This document shows, one piece after another, positions 7,653 to 20,500 of a DNA stretch of 64,000 bases. A program made the translations under genes and the position numbers. Location of the stretch: IMG/VR virus record IMGVR_UViG_3300033388_003316; one strand, written 5' to 3'. Below the pieces are notes generated by a model, which saw only the letters and a program-made list of their open reading frames with translations, ran no database searches and was not told where the DNA came from. Positions within the stretch are counted from its first letter, which is position 1. Each line of letters starts with the position of its first letter. Origin of the DNA: an uncultured virus (IMG/VR IMGVR_UViG_3300033388_003316) (Duplodnaviria; Heunggongvirae; Uroviricota; Caudoviricetes).

Positions 7653-10181
7653 ATGGCAAACGAAGGTTTTAATCCAGACGATTTTAGGGAGTACGAAGAA
7701 AGGTTATCTAAGATTTTAGAATTACAGAATAGGGCAACTGATGGTCTTAAAGGTTATAGTACAATAATTAAAGATATTAAGGAGGTGTCTAGGAATTTAA
7801 ACACTATTAAGACTCAAGAAACTAGGTTACTTAAAGAAATTAAAAATAAGGAAAAGGAAAGGGAGAGGTTATTAAAAAAGAATCAAAACCTTATACAAAA
7901 AAACGGTAAACTTGTTTCTGTTGAAGTTAAAGAACTTGAAAAGGAAATTGCGGCAAGAAAAGAAGGTTTAAAGTTTGCTAGACAAAAAACAAAAGTATTA
8001 AAAGATAATGCTGAAATATTAGCTGAATCAGCCAATTCTGGTAATCTATTGTCCGCATCTTTTGTGTCGATTGGTAGGGGTGTTGTTGGTGCTTTTAAAT
8101 CTGTTAAGGGTATGTCTAAGGAGTTGCTTAAAGAAATGAAAGCTGTTCAAATGACCGAACAAAGTATGGGTATTCTTTCTAAACAATCTGATGCGTTTAG
8201 GATGAATATGTATAGGGCAGCTGGAACTACAAGTCAGTTAGGGGTTAGTGCTGGTGATTTAGCAAAAATGCAAGGCTCATATTCAGACCAGGTAGGTAGG
8301 AGTGTACAATTAAGTCAACAAGGTCTTATTGCTATGTCTGAAATGACAAAAGGTACTATGATGGGGGCTGAAGGTGCGGCAGAAATGGCTGCTAGTATGG
8401 ATAGTTTTGGTGTGTCAGTTGTTGGGACTAAGGAAATTGTAGAGGAAATGATGAACACTTCATCTAAAATGGGTGTTAATTCAGTTAAAGTTACCGCAAA
8501 CCTTAAAAAAAATATGCAGTTAGCTAATCGTTTTCATTTTAAAGATGGTGTTAATGGTATGGTTAGACTTGCAGCTTCAGCAGCTAAACTACATTTAGAT
8601 ATGGATGGTATTGCTAGTATGGCTGATAAAGTTTTTAGACCAGAAGGAGCTATTGAAATGGCATCTAGGTTGCAAACTATGGGTGGTGAATTCGCTAAAC
8701 TTGGTGACCCATTTCAGTTGATGTTTAAGGCTAGAAATGATTTTGAAGGTTTTGCTAACGATATTGGTGCTGCAACTAAGGAATTCGCTAAGTTTAACAA
8801 AGAAAGTGGTGAATTTGAGATATCTGGACTTGGTTATGATAGAATTAAAGAGATTTCTGATATAACTGGAATTAGTGCTGAAAAATTAGCTGAAATGGGT
8901 AGAGAGACTGCTAAAATTGAGCAAATAGAGATGAACGTTGGTGCTGGAATGGATGAGGAAAGTACTGCGTTTATATCATCTATAGCCCAATTTAATAAAG
9001 ATACTAACCAATGGGAAGCATTTTTTGATGGTGCGAATAGAAATATTAGGGAGTTGGATGCTCAAAGGGTTAAAGAAATGGTGGCTGAAAAACAAACATT
9101 AAAAGAAAGAGCTAAACAAGCACAAACTTTTGATGAGACTTGGAGTAATCTTAAAAACACATTTAAAACACTATTATTCCCAATACTAAATGGTTTATCG
9201 GAAGGTCTTAAACAACCTCTTAATGATTTTATGGAATGGGCTCAAAAAAGTGGTGGTTTTACAAAATTATTTGATACAGCAAAAAAAATTGGTGAAACTG
9301 TTGGTAAAGCAATAGTTTGGATTAGTGAATTTGTTACTAATAACCCGTTTACCGCACTTAGTGGTGTTGTAGCTGGTATGGGTTTATTTAAAGCAGCGCA
9401 ATGGGTCGCAAACGGCGTTAGTCTTGGTTTAGGATTTAATATGGTTGCTAACTCTGGTGGTGGTGGAATCACGGATATGTTACCAAATGGTATGAGTAAG
9501 GGTACTTCTAAAATTGGTAGATTAAGAAGTGCTTCTAAGATTGGTAAATTCGCAAAAGGTGTTGGTGGTGCTGGTGCTGGATTATTAGCAGCTGGATTTA
9601 GTGGTTATGATGAATGGACTGAAAACAGTATTAACGGTGTAGGTACTCGTGAAAATGTTGGTAGGACCGCAACTAGAGCAGGATTGGCTGGTGGTGGTGC
9701 TTGGGGTGGTGCAGCTTTAGGTGCTACAATTGGTACTATGGTTTTTCCAGGTGTTGGTACAGCTATAGGTGGTTTAATTGGTGGTATTGCTGGTGGTTTA
9801 GCTGGTGATTATGTTGGTGATAAAGGTGGTGATTTGATTTTTGGTAATGCAAAAACACCTAAGAAGTATAATGATGTTATTATGCGTAGTGGTCAAGCCC
9901 CAATTGGAATTGACTCGAAAGATGATGTTTTAGCTATTAAAAAAGGTGGGGCTGTTGATAAAGTAATGGATAATACTGGTGTTGGGTCTTCATATGGTGA
10001 TGTTAAAGTTTCATTTGGTAATACAATGAAGATTGAAGGTAGTTTAAATTTAAATAGTGATGGTACCTCAGCTGATATATCGTTGGATGACCCAGTACTG
10101 TTAAGAGATTTAAGTAATATCATCCAACAAGAATTAAGTAAAGCAATAAATGGTGGTAGAATGTCACCTAATCCAGCATAA
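7653..10181 (+). CDS. Tape measure protein
   Basis: Helical Ala/Gly/Met-rich protein after the chaperones, N-terminal coiled coil, C-terminal glycine zipper (GAALGATIGTMVFPGVGTAIGGLIGGIAGG). Confidence 0.8.
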   Translation: MANEGFNPDDFREYEERLSKILELQNRATDGLKGYSTIIKDIKEVSRNLNTIKTQETRLLKEIKNKEKERERLLKKNQNLIQKNGKLVSVEVKELEKEIAARKEGLKFARQKTKVLKDNAEILAESANSGNLLSASFVSIGRGVVGAFKSVKGMSKELLKEMKAVQMTEQSMGILSKQSDAFRMNMYRAAGTTSQLGVSAGDLAKMQGSYSDQVGRSVQLSQQGLIAMSEMTKGTMMGAEGAAEMAASMDSFGVSVVGTKEIVEEMMNTSSKMGVNSVKVTANLKKNMQLANRFHFKDGVNGMVRLAASAAKLHLDMDGIASMADKVFRPEGAIEMASRLQTMGGEFAKLGDPFQLMFKARNDFEGFANDIGAATKEFAKFNKESGEFEISGLGYDRIKEISDITGISAEKLAEMGRETAKIEQIEMNVGAGMDEESTAFISSIAQFNKDTNQWEAFFDGANRNIRELDAQRVKEMVAEKQTLKERAKQAQTFDETWSNLKNTFKTLLFPILNGLSEGLKQPLNDFMEWAQKSGGFTKLFDTAKKIGETVGKAIVWISEFVTNNPFTALSGVVAGMGLFKAAQWVANGVSLGLGFNMVANSGGGGITDMLPNGMSKGTSKIGRLRSASKIGKFAKGVGGAGAGLLAAGFSGYDEWTENSINGVGTRENVGRTATRAGLAGGGAWGGAALGATIGTMVFPGVGTAIGGLIGGIAGGLAGDYVGDKGGDLIFGNAKTPKKYNDVIMRSGQAPIGIDSKDDVLAIKKGGAVDKVMDNTGVGSSYGDVKVSFGNTMKIEGSLNLNSDGTSADISLDDPVLLRDLSNIIQQELSKAINGGRMSPNPA

Positions 10182-10300
10182 ATACTATAAAAATTAAATT
10201 TAATTAAAAATAATTAATAAAAAACTTGTATATCTAAATTATTTTCCCTTTTTTATATATAGTTAATATGTAATATTAACCTATTTTATATTATTATTAA

Positions 10301-10330
10301 TATATACATATAATATATATATATATATAT
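10301..10330. repeat. (TA)n microsatellite in a very AT-rich spacer
   Basis: TATATACATATAATATATATATATATATAT within the 10182-10403 intergenic region. Confidence 0.85.
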
Positions 10331-10379
10331 TCTACTAATATAACAACTATTTATTTTATTAGAAAAACAATTACATTGG

Positions 10380-10386
10380 TATTTAT
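10380..10386 (+). promoter_or_regulatory. Putative late promoter TATTTAT
   Basis: 17 nt upstream of ATG 10404. Confidence 0.55.
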
Positions 10387-10403
10387 ATATAAACTAAGTT
10401 ATT

Positions 10404-13400
10404 ATGCCAAATGGAATCAATAATATTTCACCAGATTTAAGGGACTGGTTATTAAATAAAAACCTTATTTTAGCTGACTCAATCACTGATGGGGGTTTAT
10501 CTGGATTAGGGGTAGGTTTAGGGCAAGAAGCTCAAATAGAGACACCACCTAGTGCTGTTCAAGCATCAACTAGTATTGTTGAAAATGGTCAATTTTATAG
10601 GGATTTAAACTTGATGGTTAATCCGTACAAGTCTTTAAATGGTAATGATGAGGTTGATATTAACACAAATACTATTATTAATATAGGTAATTTACAACCT
10701 GGTACACAACCTCTAGCATATCAACAAAATATAGGTTCTAACAACCCAACATCACTATTTAACGCTGAAGCAGATTCAGGTAGAGAGCAAATGTTGAAAA
10801 ATAAGTATTTTGATTCTGATTTTTTATATAAAGTTAATTTAGATAGTATATACGTCTCACCAAGTTCTGATGGTGTTTATAAATTTAAAGAATCAATTAT
10901 AAATAGAACTATTGATACCGCTTTAAATACATTAAATTTAGGGGGTGTATCACAACAATTAAATAATGTCTTACTACCCAATACACAATTAGAACAAGTT
11001 GCAAACCAACAAGTTGTTAAACATTTTGGGTATAACGCTGCTTTTGGTTTAGCTCAAGAAACATTAGGTCACATAAACGCCAACCCACTTAGTCTTTTAC
11101 AAGGTAATGATGTGTTTGTACCCAATTTTGCTATTACTGTCGCTAAAGGTGACACTGTTGGTGCCGCTGATTTCACTTCTAGAGTATTAGGTTTTGAACC
11201 ACCAGTTAGTTTATTAGATGATTCATCATCTATTTTTGCGGATTATGACGGTAATTATGTTGATAACATTAGAAGAGCCCAGTCTATGGTTGAAAACACT
11301 GGTAAAGGTCAAGTGTTAGCAATGATTGACAACCTTAACCAAAATAAGTTCAAACCAACCATTACAGACACTAGGAAGCGAGAAAACATTACAAAGGGTG
11401 ATACTGGTACTAATGGTGATTTATATGCGTTTGAGGCAGCTGAAAAAGGTAGGATAACTGATTTATTAAATACCTCACCTAAAGATGAGAATTCAACAGA
11501 AAATATATCTAATGAAGAATTTGAATCAAATTATGGTAAAATCACATCAGAATTGGATGGTGGGTTTAATAGTGAATTTGACAATTTAACTAATAGAGCA
11601 ACTAGTTTTAATGACGTAGATGATAGAGGTAATGGTGAATGGGGTGTTAGTAAATTCACTTGGGTTGATGATAAAAATAAAAAAGGTGAGGAATTAGGTG
11701 TTTTTAGTAGGTCCGATATGAAAAACCCTAAAAGTTTACTATATAAAACACAAGCACTTTTTAATTCAAACAAAACTAGAAATTTAATTACAGCCCAAGG
11801 TGACATACAAATATCACCAAGTGAGATAGAGACAGGTGTTTCAGTTGGTTCAACAACATTTATATCTAAAGGTTCTGGTGTTAAATCACTAGACGCTATT
11901 GAAGGTACAACGACAGACCCAGATGATGTATTTTGTAGAGTATGGACAACGTTTGATAGATACAACCAAGTTCATGATTTACAGAAAAATGATGGTTTAA
12001 ATAAACAATCTGGGTTAAGATTAAAAAATAGAACTGAAGCATCATTACTTGATAGTGGTTCTAATGGTTTCGTAAAGGTAGCCCCTTATGTTAGTGAACC
12101 AGATGTAAAGAAATTTATGTTATCATTGGAAAACCTAGCTTGGGATGGGCCATTATTTTCTGATTTACCAGAATGTGAAAAGGGTTTAGGTGACCCAGTA
12201 ACTGGAACTCGTGGTAGGTTAATGTGGTTCCCACCATATGATTTACAATTTACCGACACAACTTCAGTCAACTGGGATTCAACTAACTTTATAGGTAGAG
12301 GTGAACCAGTATATACATACAATAATACTGAAAGGACTGGTACTTTAGGTTTTAAGGTTATTGTTGATTACGCTACATACATGAATGATTTGAGGACATT
12401 AAATACCGATAATGATTTATACAGCAGTATTGCTGCTGGTTGTATTGATTTTGATAAAGAAATTATCAAACAATTATCTAAAAGTGAGAAAGATAAAATT
12501 GAGGTTGAAAATTCACAAAAACCACAAATTATTGAAGCTGAGGTTAGTGGTGAGGCACCAGCCCCATTTAAGGTATATTTTCCAAACGACTCAACATCAG
12601 TACCATCCACATATGAAAACGGTGTAGTTAATGAAAATGATTTTACTTATAGTGATGGTATAACATTCAAGGGGTGTAATGGTGGACCTGGTAGAAGTAA
12701 TGCTGGGTGTGATTGTGCACAAAGAAATAGTACTGACTATGGATTAAATATTCAACCATTAACATTACCTAGTGATGCGGACATCAATGATTTTCCAAAT
12801 GGTTGGATTGGTGATTTCACATACAGAGCAAATTTAGTTGATTACATTGTTAATAAAGCACCATCAGTTAGAATTTATATTGATGGTTGGGCTAGTTCAG
12901 ATGGTAATGATAAAGCTAATGCAACATTATCCCAAACCAGAGCCAATTATATTAAACAACAATTAGAAAGTTTATTGATAGCTGCTGGAGACCCACTAGG
13001 TGGTAAAAGATTTGGTCAAGAACCAAAAGGTAAGGGTGTTGCTAATGGAGAAAGTTGTAAACCAAAAACATCTAGAACATGTGGACCACAAAAAGGTGTA
13101 CCACATGTTGATGCAAAATGTAAAAAAGAATCTAGAGTTACAACCATTTCGTTTAAAAAAGACCCAGCACTTCAAAAGCAAATTGATAATGCTATTAAAG
13201 ATAAAGAAACTGACGAAAGATTAAGAGATTTATCTAGGGATATTAAATCTAGGTTTATTGATGAATGTAGTTATTTTGAAAAAATGGAACAGGATTCACC
13301 TTTTATTTATGATAGAATTAGTGAAAAAATATCATTCTTTCACCCAGCATTTCACTCTACGACACCAGAAGGTTTTAATTCTAGGTTAAACTTTCTTATG

Positions 13401-14231
13401 CAATGTACTAGGCAAGGTCCAACACCTAACACAACCAATGACCCAACCAATTTAGCATTTGGTAAAGCCCCAGTTTGTATTTTAAGGTTAGGTGATTTTT
13501 ACAACACAAAAATAGTTATAGATAATGTTGATTTATCATTCGACCCACTTGTTTGGGATTTAAACCCAGAAGGTGTTGGTGTACAACCAATGATTGCTAA
13601 TGTTATGTTATCATTTAAATTCATTGGTGGTTCAAGCCTTAGTGGTCCAATTAATAGACTACAGAACGCCGTATCATTCAATTACTTTGCTAACACTGAG
13701 ATATATGATACTAGGTCAGATTATATTTTAGATGGTGAATATAAAAATGGTTTTGCCCCAACAGATAAAGACGCATTAAAAGAATTCCTTAAGGAGTCAG
13801 AACAAGATGGGTTAGGTACAAACAATAATGTGACAGTAACAGACCAAGAATCTGAAGTTGAAAAATCAAACTCAATTGAAGAAACTGAAGAGGAAAATAT
13901 TACCGATAAGAAGGTTAAATTTTTAAATAGAACAATTAACGTTAACTCAACTGGCGAATTAGACCAAAACACACCAACCACAGTTAACGCTATATTTAGA
14001 ATTACTTCAGAAAAACCATTAGATTTTAAGGATGATAAATACATTATCGATATTAAATTAGTTAACTCAACTACAAATGAAATTGTTAGTGGTGTGTATA
14101 AATTTGAATACGTTAAGGATGAACCAATAGGTTTTGCTACTTGGTTAGTACCACTATCTGGTGACGCTAACATGGTTGATGAAAACTACAAATTAATGGG
14201 TACAATAAATAACGTTAACTTTATATTATAA
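10404..14231 (+). CDS. Baseplate hub/tube-initiator-type protein with an inserted OmpA-like domain
   Basis: MWFPPYDLQF.DT.SVNW....FIGRGEPVYTYNNTER.GTL.F and P.C.LRLGDF (tube-initiator-like). Insert VYFPND...IYIDGWASSDG...NATLSQTRANYIK...R.TTISF looks like OmpA-C. Confidence 0.7.
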   Translation: MPNGINNISPDLRDWLLNKNLILADSITDGGLSGLGVGLGQEAQIETPPSAVQASTSIVENGQFYRDLNLMVNPYKSLNGNDEVDINTNTIINIGNLQPGTQPLAYQQNIGSNNPTSLFNAEADSGREQMLKNKYFDSDFLYKVNLDSIYVSPSSDGVYKFKESIINRTIDTALNTLNLGGVSQQLNNVLLPNTQLEQVANQQVVKHFGYNAAFGLAQETLGHINANPLSLLQGNDVFVPNFAITVAKGDTVGAADFTSRVLGFEPPVSLLDDSSSIFADYDGNYVDNIRRAQSMVENTGKGQVLAMIDNLNQNKFKPTITDTRKRENITKGDTGTNGDLYAFEAAEKGRITDLLNTSPKDENSTENISNEEFESNYGKITSELDGGFNSEFDNLTNRATSFNDVDDRGNGEWGVSKFTWVDDKNKKGEELGVFSRSDMKNPKSLLYKTQALFNSNKTRNLITAQGDIQISPSEIETGVSVGSTTFISKGSGVKSLDAIEGTTTDPDDVFCRVWTTFDRYNQVHDLQKNDGLNKQSGLRLKNRTEASLLDSGSNGFVKVAPYVSEPDVKKFMLSLENLAWDGPLFSDLPECEKGLGDPVTGTRGRLMWFPPYDLQFTDTTSVNWDSTNFIGRGEPVYTYNNTERTGTLGFKVIVDYATYMNDLRTLNTDNDLYSSIAAGCIDFDKEIIKQLSKSEKDKIEVENSQKPQIIEAEVSGEAPAPFKVYFPNDSTSVPSTYENGVVNENDFTYSDGITFKGCNGGPGRSNAGCDCAQRNSTDYGLNIQPLTLPSDADINDFPNGWIGDFTYRANLVDYIVNKAPSVRIYIDGWASSDGNDKANATLSQTRANYIKQQLESLLIAAGDPLGGKRFGQEPKGKGVANGESCKPKTSRTCGPQKGVPHVDAKCKKESRVTTISFKKDPALQKQIDNAIKDKETDERLRDLSRDIKSRFIDECSYFEKMEQDSPFIYDRISEKISFFHPAFHSTTPEGFNSRLNFLMQCTRQGPTPNTTNDPTNLAFGKAPVCILRLGDFYNTKIVIDNVDLSFDPLVWDLNPEGVGVQPMIANVMLSFKFIGGSSLSGPINRLQNAVSFNYFANTEIYDTRSDYILDGEYKNGFAPTDKDALKEFLKESEQDGLGTNNNVTVTDQESEVEKSNSIEETEEENITDKKVKFLNRTINVNSTGELDQNTPTTVNAIFRITSEKPLDFKDDKYIIDIKLVNSTTNEIVSGVYKFEYVKDEPIGFATWLVPLSGDANMVDENYKLMGTINNVNFIL

Positions 14232-14234
14232 AAT

Positions 14235-14555
14235 ATGGCAGAATATTACGATAGATACGGTAGATTTAAAACAGATGGGACAGTAAAGCCAATACCAGGT
14301 ATTTTTATTGATAACAAACCATCAGATAAAAAAATTCTTTATAAAATGGGTACCTCAAGGCTTGACAAATTATCGCAAGAGTATTATGGTAACCCATATC
14401 ACGGTTGGTTAATATTATCGGCTAACCCACAATTCGGTGGTTTGGAGTTCAACATTCCAGACCAAGAAGTTATAAGGATACCATTCCCTTTCGATTCAGC
14501 ATTGGAAAGGTATATAGAACAAGTTAATAGACACATTACATTATATGGGAAATAA
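14235..14555 (+). CDS. LysM-like baseplate wedge protein (T4 gp53 / P2 gpX-like)
   Basis: RLDKLSQEYYGNPYHGWLILSANP...IPDQEVIRIP. Confidence 0.8.
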   Translation: MAEYYDRYGRFKTDGTVKPIPGIFIDNKPSDKKILYKMGTSRLDKLSQEYYGNPYHGWLILSANPQFGGLEFNIPDQEVIRIPFPFDSALERYIEQVNRHITLYGK

Positions 14556-17500
14556 AAAATCAAATATTAATCCAGCCAGTTATGAAAATGGTAAGGTAAT
14601 ACTAGTGGACCCGAACCCAGAAAACAGTGAAATAGTTACACCAGAAGATTTGAATATCGCAGTTAAACTAAGAACCGTAAGGAGAGAAAGGTCATCAATT
14701 GTGGTTGATTCATCAACTACTGAGGGTACTGTTACTATAAATAATGGAACTAACGGTAATGTTATAAATTTTATTTCTGGTTCAATAACAGGTGGTGACC
14801 AATCATTAACAACACACTATACTGAAATTAACACTGATTTTAATAAATCTAACAATGACTTAGAAACTCTTGGTATAACTGGAATTAAAATTGATTTTAA
14901 CTCATCTTACACACCATTAATCACAATTAATTTTACCGACATTAGAGGTCAACTATTTCAAATGGGTAATGAATCACCATATAATGTGTTTTTTAACTTA
15001 CCTTATCCAGTATTTGAATTAACTATTAAAGGTTATTATGGTAAAGCAGTTACTTATTGCTTACATTTAACTAAGTTTAATGGTAAATTAAATGATAAAA
15101 CTGGTAATTATGAAATAACAACACAATTTGTGGGTTACACATTTGCGTTTCTATCAGATATGTTAATGGGTTACCTTAGAGCTGTACCATACACAACTTG
15201 TGGGTCAACACAGATTGAAAATAAAAACAATGAAGTAGTTAATATTGATGGTAAAGAATTTAGTAATACTTTTTTTACATTTGATGAACTACAAGACGGT
15301 GTTTTAGATTTAAATATTGAACTATTAAAATTAAAACACGATGACTCCAAAATCGCAGCATTATCATTAGCTGAAAATATAATTGTTTCTTTAGAAACAC
15401 TCAAAGACCAAATTAAAACATTACTAGATAATGTAACTAAAGATAGTACAATTCTTAAAACTTACGGTAATTTTGTTACCATAGTTAAAACTCCAGAAGG
15501 TAAAAATACTCAAAAAATAACTAATGCAGAAAACGCATTTAATAGGACTATAAGTCTTATGGTTAAAGAAATCAATGAAAAATTAACAGCTAAATATAGA
15601 TTAAATGAATCTACCTACAAAATAATTAATAATGATACTAAACTAAATAGGGTTAAAAAATCTGATTTTACATTACATGAACAATCTGACTATCAAGTAT
15701 TAATGGGTGAAGAAAAAAACAAACCTAGACAAATACCTAAATTAATGGTTGACAGTGATAATAGTGGGAGTGATTATGAAAAATTTAGAGATTTTATAGA
15801 ATCTTTACCTGAAATAAAAGATGAGTTTATTATTTATGATTTATCTAATGCTTTAGATGATTTAACTGAAAAAATAAATAATTTAAAAACTGATACAGCA
15901 ACAGCCAAAGAAGAAGTTGCAACTAAATTTAGTGAGGTTATAGGTGACACACTTGGTAAAATAGATGAAAACGGTGAACCTATACTTCCATTCGAACCAA
16001 CAGTATTAAATTTTTTTAAAATATTATCAGACCATATTGATATATTCATGACATGTCTTAGAAACTTATCTGACAGGATTGAATCAAACCCAGAAAAAAG
16101 AAAAAAACATTTATCTGGTGTATTAAATGGTTTAGATATAATTAATGGTGATGACACTATTGAAAACCTAAAAGCTTGGCCAGACTACAAAGAAAAAGAT
16201 AATAAAGTAAATGGTTATGTTGATAAATGGATAGGTAATAAAGCCCCATTTTTAGAAGAAGTTGTTTTTGTTGAGGAAATGTTAACTGGACTATTAAAGG
16301 CTAAACAAAGAGATAATGAATTCCTAACTAAAGTAGAAGAAGGATTCCCAAATTGGTACCCAGTAAATCCATTTGATACATCATTATTTGGTGATAGTTT
16401 CACCAACCCATGGGTATCAATTGAGGATAAAGATGACTCTGAAGTTATTAGGTTAATGTTACTTAGGGCGGTAACATTCATTGGTTTTTCACATAGAGGT
16501 GGTTTAACAGACCATGAAGTTAGAGCTATGGGTAGGATTGAAGCCAATAATGCTTACAGTAGTATTAAAAATAAAGAAATTAAAGATGCTATAAGATATT
16601 ACACTAATAACGGACAAGATGATGTTCGTACTATTTCTGAACAAATTATAAAAGACGCAATATCTGGTAAGCCAGAATGGAAAAACTACGCAAAAAGAAT
16701 TAATGGTGATTCTATTATAAATAAAGAATTAACAACTTATTCATCAACATTAGGTGGTGTTGAGATTGAATATGATTTAAGTATATTTGGGTATCAATTA
16801 GCTAAATTTGGTGGACAAAAAACAATTAAATTTGGTGAATATGTTTATGTACCAGCATTTGAAGATTACACTACTTTAGATGGTGTAATTCAAGATAAAT
16901 TAAATGAAAATATAAAAAATTCATCTTGGAATAAAAATGAGATAGCTCAATTTATACCATTATACAACCCAAACAATGATAATAGATTATATGGTGGTGG
17001 TTATTTAGCGGTTAAAACTACTGAAGACCCTTACTGGGGTAATCAATCAGATGATAATACAATAGTAACCAATGCAGAACGTATTAAATTAAGAGATGAT
17101 GAAAACGCGGTTTTTTTTAGTAATTATTTAGGTGGTAACTCAGATAGCACTATTGGTAGGGAAGATGACGGTGCTACTTGGTTTGAAATATTAGAAGATG
17201 GTGACTATTACAGAAAACCAGATTTAAGGTTTCCAGATTATGCTAATAAAATTCTAGAAGAGGAAGGTATATTAAACTCACCTATAGCTACGTTAGAAAA
17301 TTCATATGGTTTTTTATGGGATTCTAATAACATATCTGAAAACACATCTGTTTTTGGTGGTTTACATAAAACACATGAATTTATTAATGTTAGGGTTGAT
17401 GGTGAATACACTGTGGCTGGTCAAAGTGAAATACCAGCTTATTTAATGTTTTATAGTGACACATCAAATTCAAGACCAATATTTACAGGTTCTAGAAAAC

Positions 17501-20500
17501 TATTAGATGATGGAACTGATGTGGCGTATAGTGAATTTGATATACAATTTGATAGTGAAATAATTAATGGTGAGAAAATAATAACAAAGATATATCCAGA
17601 TGAAGGTGTTAAATCTAATGCTAATAAAATTAAAGCTTGTAACGGAATAGATAGGCAAGGTAGTATATTAACTAAAAGATTAAGTTCAGATAAAAATAAT
17701 GAATTAGGTTTAAATAAATCAGCAATCTACCAATCAGAAACAGATTCTGGTAGGGTAAATCTTGGTACCCCATTCTTAGGTTTTAAAGTATACAAACAGT
17801 TTGCTTTTTCAGATGAGCAAGACCCATTAAATGGTTTCGGAAACTTTGAGCATTTTTCAACCTTTGGTAGTGACTTGTATTACTCACAGGACAATGAATA
17901 CGCTAAAGCTTATTTATTTTTACACAGCATACCATTTGACGGTATGGTTTACAACACAAATGGTACTTTTGGTGAATTAGGTAACATATTTGTTGATAGT
18001 AATAGAGGTAATGGATTATTTAGTAAAACAATACAATCATTTTTTAACCAAAGAGCTGCCTTTATACAAACACCACACTCTTGGTTATTATTTTTAGGTT
18101 CAATTATAAAAAGAGAATGGGACTCCGTTGAAGGTGGTGGTGAATACCTTAAATTTGTTGACGACTCTAACGACTACTCATTAATACCATATGTAACATC
18201 TGATGGTCCAGTACCAGCTTATAATGAGTATTGTCTACCAAACTTAACAACTAATGAGGTGTTTGGTTTTCAAACCAAAATAGATACACCAAACATAAAC
18301 CGTAACGATTTTACTGAGGTAGAAAGAACAATTAAATTTTTACCATGGAATATTAAAAAAACTTTAGTTGATTATTTTGAAAATTGGGTGGATAATAATG
18401 ATACTAAATTAGGTTGGAAGGCTATAAAAAATGAGTTACAATTATTTAAAGATGGTGTAACCAAGTCAGAAAGAATTAACTATTGGAGGGGATTTAGAAC
18501 TAGATTAAGTAACGACCCACTAGATTTATATACCGACCCTATAATAAACCCTAAAGCGGTATTCAATTATATAATAATATCTAAAGATGAAAAACACAAA
18601 GACAGGGTAAACTTACCTAGTGATGGTAAGAAATTAATTAAAGATGTTAATTTAACTAACAATGCATCCGAAGCTAACACAATAACAAAAAATGCTGATA
18701 TCGGAACACCATTTAATTTCTTCTTAGAAATGAGAGATGAGAGTGATGGTGTAAACATTATGTTTGATTTTTTAACAGCAACAAAAATTTGCGCTAACGC
18801 TAGTTGGAGACCTTGGGCTTCAGATGCTGAAGTACCAGTACCAGGTAGAAGACACCCATTTAGGTTTGATAATGATAAATTAGGCACATATGTTAATGGT
18901 TTCATCCAAGAATTTATAGATTTGCATACTGATGATGAATCGGTCGATAAACAATTAAAATTAAATCAAGAACTATTTCAAACCACTAATAACGATGATA
19001 TTAAATTAAATATTTATAAAAATCTAAAATCAATTCACGATAAATGGATTGCTGGTGGCCTAAGTAAATGTGGTGTAACTAGATTAATTGACCACTTTAA
19101 ATTTATAGATAGGTCATATAAGGATATTAGTACGGATTTTAAAGTCAACCCAACTAACATGGTGGAACACATGGTAAATAATTATAATCAAAGTTTCTAT
19201 GAATATACAGCTAGGGTATTAACTGACAATAATTTTGATTTCATACCACTACCAAGTTGGATAAACTACAACAGTAAAGAAGAGATTGAGAATGTTTTTA
19301 GAACTTATTCATATATCGACACTTTTAATAAAAGTGAGGACAATTATGGTGGACCGCAATTTATTTGTATGTATATTGGTGAAAGGTCAAACAAACTTGA
19401 CTTAGGTAACAAAAGCAGTTACGGTAATGATGGTTTTGATTTTAAAATAAAAGATGGAAGTGTTGATGTTGACAACCTACCAGTTGATTTTTCATCACCA
19501 ATAAGTGGTGATACAAGTAAAGTCCCAGTTTTTTTAGTTAAATACAGTGACCCAAACCAAAGTGTGTTTAAAGGGTTTAAATTAGACCAAAGTGAATTTA
19601 CTGAAACTGACGAATCATTAAAAGTAATTGATGACATAGCCAATAAAGGTGGACCAAACCATGCATCTGGTGTTGGGCAAAATTTATTTAATGTCTACAA
19701 CACCAGAGCTTATTCCGCTGAAATTGAAATGATGGGTAACGCACAAATACAACCACTAATGTATTTTCAACTAAGTAGTGTACCCATGTTTCATGGTGCA
19801 TATACTATTATAAAAGTATCCCATGTTATTAAACCAAACTCAATGTCAACAACATTTAAAGGTGTTAGAATTAGACATGTTAAAACAAAGATGGTCGATG
19901 ATACGATAATATTCATGAATTTAATTGGTTCATTAACTGATGTTCAATTTGGTTCAGCTGATTTAGACGATTTAAGTAAAACATCTGATAGTGAAACTAA
20001 CAACTCTAATAATAATTCTAGTGTTAGGGCTACTGGTGGACCAAACACACCACCATGGTCTGGTTGCATAACGTATCGACTTAAAGAAAATAAAGGTCTT
20101 AAAGCCCAAGATTCGGATAAATTAAAAAACGCAATTAACGGAAAAAGTGGTAAAAAAATATATCCGTGGTGTGTTGAAGAAGTTGGCAAATTCATGGAAT
20201 ATATTGGTATTAAATGGCATGAATATAGTAAAGACAAGACACACGGTGACACGATATTTTTTAATGACTTATCAGTGTATGGTGGTGGTAATATATCTAG
20301 CCATTCAACACATAAAGAAGGTTTAAGTATGGATTTTAGACAAGTTAGAACTGATAAAGAAAATATTGGTTTAAAGATTTTTTCCAACTACGATGATAAA
20401 AAATGTTCTAAACCTACCACCACAATTTTAAATTCAAAATACGATAGGGATGCCACAATTGAATTAATTGAATTACTATTAGATGAAGGTTTAAAATTAA

